Assembly (NCBI GenBank): GCA_007116915.1
Contig: SKHQ01000099.1
Location: 1-36,061, forward strand
Length of the DNA: 36,061 bases
Direction: 5' to 3'
Source of the DNA: Candidatus Methanomethylophilaceae archaeon
GTDB taxonomy: Archaea; Thermoplasmatota; Thermoplasmata; Methanomassiliicoccales; Methanomethylophilaceae
The notes below the pieces were generated by a model, which saw only the letters and a list, made by a program, of their open reading frames with translations, was not told the DNA's origin and did not search any database. A program made the translations under genes and the position numbers. Position 1 is the first letter of the stretch. Each line of letters starts with the position of its first letter. Shown piece by piece: positions 26,791 through 35,977 of the stretch.

Positions 26791-26794
26791 CGCC

Positions 26795-28144
26795 TCATGG
26801 CTCTACCGGTATGGGGACCAGGAAGAGCTTCTCAAGCTTCGAGATCTTGGTGTTGTATGCATATAGCAACACCTTGTCGCCGACATCCAAAACCGTGTCC
26901 AGACGCGGGAACATTATTACATTGTCCTTCACCACGACGGCGATGTGAGATCCATCAGGGAGTTTGACATCTCCGAGTGGGACGCCCACCATCTTGGAAC
27001 CGGCCACTATGTTGATGCTTACGAACTCTTCTCCCTGGGAGTGCATCAAAAGAACCGCCTGGGAGTCGGGGACCATCCTTTTTATGATCTCGTTTGCGAC
27101 AACCCGATGATACCCTATGGCGCTGGTGATTCCGGTCATCTCGAAGATCTCTTCGAAATCACGCATGGTGTAACGGGATATCACCTTCTCAACACCAAGT
27201 TTCATACCTATGAGACATGACAATAGGTTCTTCTCATCACTGTTGGTGCAGCAGAGCATCACATCTGCCTTGCCCACATTCTCGCTCTTAAGATTACGCG
27301 GATCCACAGCATTGGCATTTATAACCAGAACATGATCGAATAGCCTTGACAGCATCCGGCACTTATTCTCATCCGTCTCGAACAAACGTATGTAGGTCTT
27401 TTCCTTCTCCAGGATTTTGGCAATTCCTCTGCCGATGATGCCGCCGCCCATGATGACGAAGTCCCGTGCCTCGTGGTCAATTCCGATCAAGCGGTTGAAG
27501 TCCAACATCGCTGTTGGAGTCCCTATCACGTTGACGCGGTCTCCGGATTCAATGACCAATGATTCATCGATTATCTTGATGTCATCTCCACGATATATGG
27601 ACACCACCGAGCAGTCATTGGGTATCTTGATCTCTTGGAGATACTTACCAATTAGGTGAATGTGCTTATCCTTGATTAGAAAGCTAACTATCTGGAGGCC
27701 CAACGACTTCAACTCATCGAAGTCAACCGCATTCTCAATCATTGCGATGCGGGCCATCTTCTCAGCGGTCAGGAGCTCTGGCGATATTATATGGTCCGCA
27801 CCAATGTAATGATCCGTTTTCTTGTCGATGTAGATGTATTCAGGATCCCGGACCCGTGCGACGGTCCTTATGTTCGGGTTGATGACCTTGGCCGCCATAC
27901 AGGCGAACATATTGATCTCATCCAACTCGGTGACAGCCAGTATCATGTCTGTCGAGGGAGTTATAAGCTTTTCAAGTACTTTTGGACTGGCTCCGTTGCC
28001 GTGATAGGTGCCGACATCCAAAGATTCCTTGATGTCATTGACCTTCTCCTCATTCTTCTCCACAACGGTAATCTTGTGGATCCGGGACAAGGCGTTAGCG
28101 ACTGTGTAGCCGACATTGCCGGCCCCTACGATGACGACTTCCAT
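26795..28144 (-). CDS. trkA: Trk system NAD-binding (RCK) subunit
   Basis: It has two Rossmann GxGxxG motifs (VIVGAGNVGYTVA and IMGGGIIGRGIA), each followed by an RCK_C-like segment. The length is 449 aa. Confidence 0.9.
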   Translation of the reverse strand: MEVVIVGAGNVGYTVANALSRIHKITVVEKNEEKVNDIKESLDVGTYHGNGASPKVLEKLITPSTDMILAVTELDEINMFACMAAKVINPNIRTVARVRDPEYIYIDKKTDHYIGADHIISPELLTAEKMARIAMIENAVDFDELKSLGLQIVSFLIKDKHIHLIGKYLQEIKIPNDCSVVSIYRGDDIKIIDESLVIESGDRVNVIGTPTAMLDFNRLIGIDHEARDFVIMGGGIIGRGIAKILEKEKTYIRLFETDENKCRMLSRLFDHVLVINANAVDPRNLKSENVGKADVMLCCTNSDEKNLLSCLIGMKLGVEKVISRYTMRDFEEIFEMTGITSAIGYHRVVANEIIKRMVPDSQAVLLMHSQGEEFVSINIVAGSKMVGVPLGDVKLPDGSHIAVVVKDNVIMFPRLDTVLDVGDKVLLYAYNTKISKLEKLFLVPIPVEP

Positions 28145-28267
28145 TCAAACACCACCTTCGCAAATGGGGCTGACCATTGAATTCATTCAAATAGCGATTG
28201 GGTATATATCTTGTTTGCGGACAGAAATAAATATGTGTTTTTATTGTGCCGACTTGATTCCGGTTTT

Positions 28268-28648
28268 TTAAGGGTCCCTCTTACGGGAACGGAAGACCAC
28301 GAGTACAACAGAAAAAAGATAGACTACGCCTATACCCGCCATCAATGCGAAACCGACTGTGCTTGTCAGCATATAGTCGAGCATTGACTGATAGTCGAAG
28401 GACGAATAGATGTTGGGATTCGCGATGATGAAATCAACCGCATCCCTCAACATACCCTCCAACATCGGGATGTTAGGGTCGAAATAATTCTGAAATTCAC
28501 CAAGGCCAGGAGTGGTTTCGGCAGCCACACTGCTTGCAACTGAGTTCATACCTAGGAATGAAAGTCCCAGAACACCGGCAATCTTGCTCTTTAACCTCAG
28601 TTTTTCACCCGGAGTTAAGTGGATGTATGCATAAATAAATCCTCGCAT
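28268..28648 (-). CDS. Hypothetical secreted or membrane-anchored protein
   Basis: It has a signal-peptide-like N-terminus (KIAGVLGLSFLGMNSVASSVAAE) and a C-terminal TM helix followed by a basic tail (RSRKRDP). Confidence 0.5.
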   Translation of the reverse strand: MRGFIYAYIHLTPGEKLRLKSKIAGVLGLSFLGMNSVASSVAAETTPGLGEFQNYFDPNIPMLEGMLRDAVDFIIANPNIYSSFDYQSMLDYMLTSTVGFALMAGIGVVYLFSVVLVVFRSRKRDP

Positions 28649-28681
28649 CCCCAGATAACAATGGTCAGATGATGCATTAAG

Positions 28682-28688
28682 TTTAAAT
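28682..28688 (+). promoter_or_regulatory. Putative archaeal TATA box for hisD (leaderless or near-leaderless transcript)
   Basis: TTTAAAT is centred ~27 nt upstream of the hisD ATG (28712). No SD motif lies in between. Confidence 0.3.
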
Positions 28689-28711
28689 CAGGAATCGTTC
28701 ATCGAAATGTC

Positions 28712-29959
28712 ATGTTGAAGCGGCTTGACATCGAGTCATGGGTATCCTCGAGGAACAGCGGAGTGGATAAGGTAGCCGACGACGTCTCCGACATAATCGC
28801 CATGGTCGAGAAAGATGGCGACAAAGCGCTGATCGAACTTACTGAGAAGTTCGATAAGGTCAAATTGGAGAGTCTTATGGTCGACCGAGAGCGCATCGAC
28901 GAAGCATATGAGGACGTGGACCCGGAACTTGTGGAAGCATTGGAGGAGGCCGCATTCAACATACAGAGGTTCCATGAGCTCCAGAAGAAAGACGACCTTT
29001 GGTTGAAGGAGATGGAGCCCGGAATTACATTGGGCGTGAAGACCACGCCCCTAAGGACGATAGGGATGTATGTTCCTGGAGGCCGGGCGGCCTACCCGAC
29101 CTCCGTCCTAATGTGCGGCATACCGGCCCGTGTGGCGGGAGTGGATGAGGTCATAATGTGCACTCCGGCGCCCATACACCCTCTGACACTGGTGGCTGCT
29201 GACATTGCAGGGGTTGATGAGATATACGCCGTCGGCGGTGCGCAGGCTATCGCCGCTATGGCACTAGGCACCGACAGCATTCCTCAAGTGGATAAGATAG
29301 TTGGCCCGGGTAACGTCTATGTCACCGCTGCCAAGGCACTTCTGCGAGGCATCGTGGAGATAGATTTCCTAGCAGGTCCGAGTGAAATCGGCATAATCGC
29401 TGATGATTCCGCAGTGGCGGAGTACATCGCCGCCGACATATTGGCTCAATCTGAGCACGATCCGCAGAGTGCATGCGTATTGGTTACCGATGCCCCTGAA
29501 CTCGTGGAAAGTGTGAACGCCTTCCTAACTTCCATGTTTAAGGAGTGCAAGCGTTCAAAGATCGCTGAACAGGCTTTGAAATGGTCTGGTTACGTGATCG
29601 TGGAGAACATGGACGACGCGGTGGAGATAATGGATCTGATGGCTCCCGAACATCTGTCTTTGCAGGTCCGTGACTCTCTGGGAATACTTGGTAAAATACG
29701 CAATGCCGGCTCAATATTCGTAGGGCCTTACGCTGCTGTCGCCTTGGGCGATTACGGTTCCGGGACTAATCACGTCCTTCCGACCGGTGGAAATGCAAGC
29801 TATGATTCAGGTCTGAACGTCGCACACTTCACTAAAACGAGTACTGTCCAGATAATCAACCGCGAAGGTCTGGATAACCTTGCCGAATTCGTCATACCGT
29901 TAGCGGAAGCGGAAGGTTTGGACGCCCATGCGATGTCAGTCCGAATAAGAAGGTCATAA
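28712..29959 (+). CDS. hisD: Histidinol dehydrogenase
   Basis: Conserved segments are QSEHDPQS, APEHLSL and GDYGSGTNHVLPT. The length is 415 aa. Confidence 0.95.
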   Translation: MLKRLDIESWVSSRNSGVDKVADDVSDIIAMVEKDGDKALIELTEKFDKVKLESLMVDRERIDEAYEDVDPELVEALEEAAFNIQRFHELQKKDDLWLKEMEPGITLGVKTTPLRTIGMYVPGGRAAYPTSVLMCGIPARVAGVDEVIMCTPAPIHPLTLVAADIAGVDEIYAVGGAQAIAAMALGTDSIPQVDKIVGPGNVYVTAAKALLRGIVEIDFLAGPSEIGIIADDSAVAEYIAADILAQSEHDPQSACVLVTDAPELVESVNAFLTSMFKECKRSKIAEQALKWSGYVIVENMDDAVEIMDLMAPEHLSLQVRDSLGILGKIRNAGSIFVGPYAAVALGDYGSGTNHVLPTGGNASYDSGLNVAHFTKTSTVQIINREGLDNLAEFVIPLAEAEGLDAHAMSVRIRRS

Positions 29960-30400
29960 AAGGGTTACCAAATACCTTCCCATTAGTGCTCCGAAGACAC
30001 AAAGCAAAACGTTGAGTGCTACGTTCAAAACAGCGAGCCTCACGCCTCTTTCCTCATAGAGCAATAAAGTATCCAAGCTGAATGAGGAGAATGTTGTGAA
30101 GGCACCTAATACACCGATCGTGACCAGAGGAGACATTGACCAAAGGTCATGAAATGGCATGAAGATAGCGACTGAAAGGAGGAAACTTCCTGTGACGTTC
30201 ACGAACAAGGTCGCCCACGGGAAGTCCTTGCCTCGGAAGGATAGAAATGTTGCATAACGTAGGATAGCTCCAAACGCCCCTCCGAGGCCGATTAAAAGAT
30301 AATTTTCGAATCCCAGAATATCCACGCTTATGTATGTTCGGATATGTATAAAAATATTCATTTTTAATTGTTCCATATTCTGAATTTTGAATAGTAACAT
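29954..30400 (-). CDS. crcB: Fluoride ion channel CrcB/FluC
   Basis: GLGGAFGAILRY and GAFTTFSSF motifs are present, with four TM helices. The N-terminal ~25-30 residues of the ORF are probably not translated; internal ATG 30361 or a GTG near 30334 are alternative starts. Confidence 0.85.
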   Translation of the reverse strand: MLLFKIQNMEQLKMNIFIHIRTYISVDILGFENYLLIGLGGAFGAILRYATFLSFRGKDFPWATLFVNVTGSFLLSVAIFMPFHDLWSMSPLVTIGVLGAFTTFSSFSLDTLLLYEERGVRLAVLNVALNVLLCVFGALMGRYLVTLL

Positions 30401-30430
30401 TAAATAGCATTGAAACCACTGGGATTATGG

Positions 30431-30793
30431 ATGGTAGGCAGAATCCTTATCGTTGAAGACGAGGTCGTCGTGGCTATGTATATCGAAACGGTCTTGGAGA
30501 CTTTCGGATACGAGGTTGTTTCAATAGTCACCAACGGAAAGGACGCCATCGATAAGGTTCAAAATGATAAGGTCGACGTCGTTTTGATGGATATCAACAT
30601 CGAAGGCGATATCGACGGCATCGAGACCACTCGTCGTATCAAGGAGTTCAGCAACGTCCCGGTCCTTTATGTGAGCGCCTACATCGATAAAGAGACCATC
30701 GCCCGGGCTTCGGAAACGAATCCTGCCGGTTACTTGTCTAAACCATTCAAGAACAAGGACCTTAGGACTATGATAGAGAACATAATAGGGTGA
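30431..30793 (+). CDS. Single-domain response regulator (CheY-like receiver)
   Basis: It has RILIVEDE, the phospho-acceptor context VVLMDINI, and a conserved Lys in LSKPF. ATG 30431 is preferred over the TTG at 30410. Confidence 0.85.
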   Translation: MVGRILIVEDEVVVAMYIETVLETFGYEVVSIVTNGKDAIDKVQNDKVDVVLMDINIEGDIDGIETTRRIKEFSNVPVLYVSAYIDKETIARASETNPAGYLSKPFKNKDLRTMIENIIG

Positions 30794-30799
30794 TGATTT

Positions 30800-31693
30800 T
30801 CACCATATGTCCTCCACCGCCTGAGCCATAACCCCTGACGTGAATGCAGCGGCGTGCAGAGCCCTTTGTGATGACTCCAATGCCCCATACATCACCCAAT
30901 CCGCGCCGGACATCATTGCGACTGTGACAGCTGCCGTGTCAACGTAACGGAACAGCTTCTTTCCGTCATCATCCATCTCCGTGAACGGGGGCCAGGTCTC
31001 AACGGTGTTGTGCAAGGCCATTCCTGCCGGAAGACCCCATTTGGCCTTGGCGACAGTCAGGGCCCTGAGTGCTGAACCGGCGGATTGGTCGAAGGATGTG
31101 GCTGCCAAGTCTATTAGTGGCCGTCGTATCTCATTCTCCTCTGCCATTTCGATCAGGCCTTTACGTAGCAGCCTCCCTCCGTTGTCAAGGATGTAGATAC
31201 GACCCTTGACACTAAGATCTCCGGAATCGAATGCCATTACAACTGCGGAATCAACACCGTGTTCTGCCAATGAAGACCATTCTTCTGGTGGCGATCCCCC
31301 GTGGAGGCTGTTGTATATCACACGCGATGAAATACCCATGGACTCCGCCTCTTTCAAAGCCCTCAACTTCACGCTGGTGTCAGGGGAGTCAATTAGAATC
31401 GGACCGCTGGATACGTCGGATAATGTGGATAAGAGTCCATGGACCGCATCTTCATGATCGAGATAAGCCATGCAGCCATGACCTTGTTCAAGTTCTCTGG
31501 CACAGGTCTCGGCCCTTGATACCTTCTTCTCCAGTTTTTCAATGTCGACCTTCCCTGTTTTCCTGTCGAGGACCATACTGTGGTCAGGATAGAATACGGA
31601 ACCTATCAACACCGATGATCGCCTTCTGGGCTGGCCTCCGAACATTGTACCGGATACCTCGAAACTCAATTGATCCTTCTGAAACCTGAACAT
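30800..31693 (-). CDS. mtrH: MtrH-like (tetrahydromethanopterin S-methyltransferase subunit H family) methyltransferase, orphan
   Basis: It resembles MtrH along its full length (MFRFQKDQ, FGGQP, VIYNSL, ILDNGG, PLIDLA, VAKAKWGLPAG..LHN). ATG 31693 overlaps the upstream stop (TGATG). No mtrA-G genes are adjacent. Confidence 0.8.
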   Translation of the reverse strand: MFRFQKDQLSFEVSGTMFGGQPRRRSSVLIGSVFYPDHSMVLDRKTGKVDIEKLEKKVSRAETCARELEQGHGCMAYLDHEDAVHGLLSTLSDVSSGPILIDSPDTSVKLRALKEAESMGISSRVIYNSLHGGSPPEEWSSLAEHGVDSAVVMAFDSGDLSVKGRIYILDNGGRLLRKGLIEMAEENEIRRPLIDLAATSFDQSAGSALRALTVAKAKWGLPAGMALHNTVETWPPFTEMDDDGKKLFRYVDTAAVTVAMMSGADWVMYGALESSQRALHAAAFTSGVMAQAVEDIW

Positions 31694-31935
31694 CAATACC
31701 CTCCTGTAAGATAATCTCGCAACTTAATGGCCAAGGTCACCGAGTCGGCCTTGACGACAAGCCCGTCGACAGGATTCAATATGACTCCTGGATCTGCATC
31801 TATAGTGATGAACGAGGAGGCGGTGGAAAGCCTTTTCGCAGCCACTGCCACACTGGGACCGACTTCATTCAACTCATTATCGCCGACTATTGTCAATCCC
31901 GAATCTTCGAACATGCTCACACGACCGATTCGCAA
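31693..31935 (-). CDS. Small hypothetical protein (73-80 aa)
   Basis: It lies in the operon between the CobW_C-like and MtrH-like genes. ATG 31914 sits 2 nt after the upstream stop (TGAGCATG). I recognised no family. Confidence 0.5.
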   Translation of the reverse strand: MRIGRVSMFEDSGLTIVGDNELNEVGPSVAVAAKRLSTASSFITIDADPGVILNPVDGLVVKADSVTLAIKLRDYLTGGY

Positions 31936-32348
31936 TAATCAAGAATTATCCGATGGTCGATGGAGCGCTCCTTCAGGATTATGGATATCGTTTCCAATGA
32001 GATCCTACGAACCTCTGGATCCCAGATGCCGTGAACTATCACGTGCAGCAACATCCTACCACCTTTGAACCCTTTACCATCAAGCAGGTCCTCGGACTCA
32101 ACACCGGCCTTCATCGATACCAGGTTGGCCCTGAGCAGGCGGTCATCAGGTGTAAGAAGGCAACCTTTGACATGTCCTATGAAATCAGCCCCTCCTGCCA
32201 GACAGGCCTCTGTGACACGGGTCATCACAGTCCGCAGCAATTCATCCGCCGCTTCGGAATCGAGGTCGACGTTGGTCATCTCCAGATTGACAGCGAACTT
32301 GCCAAGCTCATCCATCGAACGATGCCGGTCTAGTTGTGGTTCAGTCAT
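31917..32348 (-). CDS. Hypothetical protein, possibly a stand-alone CobW_C-like domain
   Basis: ATG 32348 overlaps the GTPase stop (ATGACTGA). The segment HVKGCLLTPDDRLLRANLVS...LLHVIVHGIWDPEV loosely matches the R-x-KG...hhhhG pattern of the COG0523 C-terminal domain. This assignment is weak. Confidence 0.45.
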   Translation of the reverse strand: MTEPQLDRHRSMDELGKFAVNLEMTNVDLDSEAADELLRTVMTRVTEACLAGGADFIGHVKGCLLTPDDRLLRANLVSMKAGVESEDLLDGKGFKGGRMLLHVIVHGIWDPEVRRISLETISIILKERSIDHRIILDYCESVV

Positions 32349-33015
32349 TCCTACCACCGTACTGCTCTTTGAATATCCCGCCGTCCACTGCATCATAATA
32401 GCGGACGGAATTCTCACTCTCAATCAGGTCGGCCAATTCGGCCACACCCTGTCCAGTCCTTCCCGAACCTGATAATATCCTGACGTCTGGATTTATCTCT
32501 CTTATCCTCTCGTGACACCATACGATAGAGTCCTCATCACAAATATCCACCTTGTTGACGAAAACAAGATCCGCCTCTTGTATCTGCGTCTCTATGAGAC
32601 GCCCAACAAATTGAAGTTGGTCGGAAAGAAGGCTACAGTCCACGAAAGTACAGATGGGGGCGTGCGATATATCGATACCGCTTTTTCGTGTCGCCTCCTC
32701 CACTGCCTTCTTCAGACCCCAAGGGATGGCTACTCCAGTGGGCTCCACAAGAATAATGTCAGGTTTGAACGAAAGATAAAGGTTCATAACCGTGGTGCTG
32801 AAGGTTCCCTGCACCTCACAGCATATACAGCCGCCGGCGACCTCCTTGACCTCCATCCCCTTGGAACGCATGACCTCCTGGTCTACGTTTATGTGACCAA
32901 CGTCATTCACTATCAACGCGACCTTTTTCCCCCTTGATCTGAGTTCCGATGCCATGGCGATCAGGAAAGTCGTCTTCCCCGATCCTAAAAATCCTGTTGC
33001 CTGTGCAATACGCAA
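32341..33015 (-). CDS. G3E-family P-loop GTPase, COG0523/CobW-like (N-terminal GTPase domain only)
   Basis: Motifs seen: Walker A (GFLGSGKTT), metal-binding CxCC (GGCICCEV), switch II (VEPTG) and NKxD (VNKVD). The start is TTG, preceded by GGTGAGG 4 nt upstream. Confidence 0.8.
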   Translation of the reverse strand: MRIAQATGFLGSGKTTFLIAMASELRSRGKKVALIVNDVGHINVDQEVMRSKGMEVKEVAGGCICCEVQGTFSTTVMNLYLSFKPDIILVEPTGVAIPWGLKKAVEEATRKSGIDISHAPICTFVDCSLLSDQLQFVGRLIETQIQEADLVFVNKVDICDEDSIVWCHERIREINPDVRILSGSGRTGQGVAELADLIESENSVRYYDAVDGGIFKEQYGGRND

Positions 33016-33058
33016 ACAGCCTCACCAGCCATCGTACCGTACTGGATTGTAGATAAGT

Positions 33059-33706
33059 TTAATCATCGGTTTCGTTGAAAATCAGATGAATATCAGACCA
33101 TGACCTCTCCATCTTCCTGCCATGATATCTCTTGATATCTTTCCCCTGTGTTCTGTTCTTCACCCACGCGTTGGGGAACATTGCGATCATCTCATCCGGG
33201 TCTAGGTAATGGTACATGATGCCATTGCCCCGGAGGAAACTGTGCGGCTCCACCTCTTTCCCCTGTCCGTACCTCATATCCCCTCGGTCGAAACCTCTGA
33301 GGAACATCCATCCGCCAGGGCGGATGCACCTAATAATCTCCTTAGCGGCCATTTTGCGGTCGTGCCCGATGAGATGGTTCAGCACATGAACGGCTAGCAT
33401 TCCATCGAAGAATCCATCCGGGAAAGGCAACTCCTTAACATCGGCGACCATGACATTAACGTCGACACCGAATCGTTTCTGACAGATCTCAACAGCCGAT
33501 GATGAGAAATCTATCGCATGAACTTCTGCGCCCAATGCTAAAAGCTGCTCCAGAGTCTTGCCGTTACCGCAACCTAGTTCCAGAACCCTTTGGCCCTTAC
33601 AGGGCGGAATATCGATATCGGAAACACCGCGCCAACTCATCGGTTGACTCTGGTAGTAGGCTTCCCATTCCTTAGAGGATGGGCGGTGAGGGGGAGATTC
33701 CACCAT
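33059..33706 (-). CDS. Class I SAM-dependent methyltransferase
   Basis: Motif I is VLELGCGNGK, followed by an acidic residue at the end of beta-2 (HAIDFS) and motif post-I/II (VADVKELPFPDGFFD). Confidence 0.85.
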   Translation of the reverse strand: MVESPPHRPSSKEWEAYYQSQPMSWRGVSDIDIPPCKGQRVLELGCGNGKTLEQLLALGAEVHAIDFSSSAVEICQKRFGVDVNVMVADVKELPFPDGFFDGMLAVHVLNHLIGHDRKMAAKEIIRCIRPGGWMFLRGFDRGDMRYGQGKEVEPHSFLRGNGIMYHYLDPDEMIAMFPNAWVKNRTQGKDIKRYHGRKMERSWSDIHLIFNETDD

Positions 33707-33761
33707 TTAATGGAGGAGTATCGTGAAATCTTATTTATCCTCCTGTATACCTTGTTATCTC

Positions 33762-34004
33762 ATGGATGAGAAAGGACAAGTCGTCCAGCAGCTCTCCCGT
33801 TTACCAGGGGTTAGTGAGAAGGCCGCTGAGGGGATGTTTCTGCTCGGGATCCGATCGGTGGATGATCTCAAAGGTAAGAACGGTGACGACATGTACGCCG
33901 CCCTCCGCGATCGAAAGGATTTCTTCGCCGAACCATGCATGCAGAAGATGTTGAAGATAGCCATCGGAATGGCCGACAAGGGATACGCGGACAAGTTCAA
34001 ATGA
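33762..34004 (+). CDS. Helix-hairpin-helix (Cdd1/pathogenicity-locus-like) small protein
   Basis: The segment LSRLPGVSEKAAEGMFLLGIRSVDDLKGKNGDDMYAAL matches the HhH pattern. ATG 33762 is preferred over the GTG at 33723. Confidence 0.6.
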   Translation: MDEKGQVVQQLSRLPGVSEKAAEGMFLLGIRSVDDLKGKNGDDMYAALRDRKDFFAEPCMQKMLKIAIGMADKGYADKFK

Positions 34005-35464
34005 GTCCGAACCCACATAGTTTCGTTGCCCGGATGCCGAACGAACCTGGTGCGCTACACATAGCGGCGGCGGTATTGAAAAGGCATAACGGTAACATCG
34101 AACGTATCCAGTACGACACACGAATAGACCCTAACATAGTTTTCTTCGAGCTCAGTGCCGAGGGGGATGACCTCCAAGCAGCCTTGGATGAATTGGATGC
34201 TATGGGATATCTCAGGCGGTCCCTTCCCGTTCCTGCCTACTTGAAGTTCGACATCACACTGCCCCACATGCCCGGGGCACTGTTCGATTTCCTGGAGAAG
34301 ATAACCGGGACGGGGACTAACATCGCGTACTTAGATTACGATGAAACCGTCCCGAGGGGAGGTCCGCTGAGAGTGGCGGTCGTCATTGATGATGGCAGTA
34401 GGGCCAATAAACTACTCGACAATCTGAAATCGATTTACCCGTTGGAAATCATTGAGCACAGTAGTGTGAACGAGGACCTTGACAGTAACGTTTTTTACGT
34501 TCGATTCGCCCAGGAGATACGTTCTCTCATCCCCGGTGTGAATGAGGATTTCCTTTTAGGATTCTTGCACGAGTCCAATCACATCGCACAGGAGCTGACG
34601 AGACGGGGAGAGGATCCGAGAAAGGTCCTACGCACCATACTGGACTCCGGACGTATGCTAAAGGACAGTGTCAAGCCCGGATGTGCGGAGGTGGATACCA
34701 TAGAGGTGCCTGGGGGAGAGGTCCATTGCATACAGTTCCCTTGCGGAGGCAACTCCTATCTGCTAAACATCGGTGCGAAGATAGTGATCGACACCGGCTT
34801 CGGGTCCTATCGGGAACATCTAATCGATTGCATCAAGGACCTGGGCTGGCAACTGGACGATATCGATGCCGTACTGATAACCCATGGAGATACCGACCAT
34901 TGCGGATCGGCATGGTCTCTGAAAACAGACGTCCATATGTCTCCTCAGGCCTATGATATCGTATCCCACTGCGACCGATCCCATGGTTCGGAGTCGCAGG
35001 GAGGTCTGTTGGAGACATTCTATACCCGTATGATAGGTTTGTTCTCAGATGCGGATGATGTCGGAGATACGGTCCTGCTTGAAGGCGGCAATGGTTCAAT
35101 GCACGGATTCGAAATCCAGACTGAAATCGATATTTGCGGCACTAGGGTCACCGCGATCAAAGGACGGGGCGGACATCAGGAGGGTCAGTTGTTCTTTTTA
35201 TTCCCTGATTCAAATATGATATTCACCGGCGACAGTCTGATCAATTTCTCCACCCTATCTGAGGAGAGGAAGGAATACATGACATTGGCTAAAGTCCTGA
35301 TGACCTCTGTGAACGTTGACAGCGTCAGGGCTAAGGAGGAACGTGATCTTCTGTTGGATTTGATTCGAGCGTACCAGGGTGATTCTGGTAAGCCTTTGAT
35401 GGTCTGCCCCGGCCATGGGGGCGTCTCGGCATTCAAGGACAATGCCCTTATCACCTGGCATTAA
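34001..35464 (+). CDS. Tandem ACT-domain + MBL-fold metallo-hydrolase fusion protein
   Basis: Two ACT-like modules are present (MPNEPGALHIAAAVL... and LPHMPGALFDFLEKI...). The MBL core has a variant metal motif, ITHGDTDHCG. ATG 34001 forms an ATGA overlap with the upstream stop; the ORF track extends to 33935. Confidence 0.8.
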   Translation: MSPNPHSFVARMPNEPGALHIAAAVLKRHNGNIERIQYDTRIDPNIVFFELSAEGDDLQAALDELDAMGYLRRSLPVPAYLKFDITLPHMPGALFDFLEKITGTGTNIAYLDYDETVPRGGPLRVAVVIDDGSRANKLLDNLKSIYPLEIIEHSSVNEDLDSNVFYVRFAQEIRSLIPGVNEDFLLGFLHESNHIAQELTRRGEDPRKVLRTILDSGRMLKDSVKPGCAEVDTIEVPGGEVHCIQFPCGGNSYLLNIGAKIVIDTGFGSYREHLIDCIKDLGWQLDDIDAVLITHGDTDHCGSAWSLKTDVHMSPQAYDIVSHCDRSHGSESQGGLLETFYTRMIGLFSDADDVGDTVLLEGGNGSMHGFEIQTEIDICGTRVTAIKGRGGHQEGQLFFLFPDSNMIFTGDSLINFSTLSEERKEYMTLAKVLMTSVNVDSVRAKEERDLLLDLIRAYQGDSGKPLMVCPGHGGVSAFKDNALITWH

Positions 35465-35940
35465 GCAAGTAAGCAACGGCCGTGCAGAAGCAGAAAATGT
35501 CCGACCGCCATCATAGTCCGGGCGTGATGGTCCTCCAAAGTGCGATAGACCAACAGCTCCGTCCTCGGTTCGGACCAAGTGGATATGTCGGTCATCTCAA
35601 TCATGTTATTATCATCACCGTTGAAAAAAGCCAGGGACGTGTTCGAGCTGTTGAGATACTTGATCGAAAAAACGGTGCCGTCCTCGAAGATTAGTTGCGG
35701 TTCAAAAGCGCTCGGTTCGGATATGGTGGCGTAGACCTCGCCGTCGGTCGATACTTCGACCCTCGGTTTGAGAAGTCCTTTCTTCCTGATGTTCATTCCC
35801 TTACCACCGAATACGCACTCCACATTTACAGGGTCCAATTGCATTCGGCATAATTCTCTTGATCCTTCACGCAGTATGAACTCTTCCCCGGCGAGGGTCC
35901 AGTGCATCCGTTTACGCACTAGTCCTGAACAAAATGCCAT
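35461..35940 (-). CDS. Hypothetical protein (159 aa)
   Basis: An ATG ORF with a TATA-like box ~25 nt upstream and no SD motif. I recognised no family. Confidence 0.5.
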   Translation of the reverse strand: MAFCSGLVRKRMHWTLAGEEFILREGSRELCRMQLDPVNVECVFGGKGMNIRKKGLLKPRVEVSTDGEVYATISEPSAFEPQLIFEDGTVFSIKYLNSSNTSLAFFNGDDNNMIEMTDISTWSEPRTELLVYRTLEDHHARTMMAVGHFLLLHGRCLLA

Positions 35941-35960
35941 ATGTACTGGTTGGGAATACT

Positions 35961-35970
35961 TATTTAAATA
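35961..35970 (-). promoter_or_regulatory. Putative TATA box for the 35461-35940 gene (leaderless)
   Basis: TATTTAAATA is centred ~25 nt upstream of ATG 35940. Confidence 0.35.
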
Positions 35971-35977
35971 GGTTATT

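Noticed and set aside
30335-30420. Possible fluoride (crcB-motif) riboswitch upstream of crcB
   Set aside because: The region upstream of the plausible crcB starts is A/T-rich and promoter-like, and contains none of the conserved G/C-rich riboswitch helices or the GAUGG/CCUAC-type elements I recall. It is also too short before the divergent response-regulator gene.
30431-30793. The stand-alone receiver-domain protein as part of a novel signalling system with crcB or the MtrH-like operon
   Set aside because: No histidine kinase or output domain is present in the window. Single-domain CheY-like proteins are common, and adjacency alone is insufficient.
33935-34000. 5' extension of the ACT-MBL ORF, and likewise 15270-15305 of the AddA-like ORF
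   Set aside because: Internal ATGs form classic ATGA start/stop overlaps with the upstream genes. The extensions would overlap the neighbouring coding sequence.
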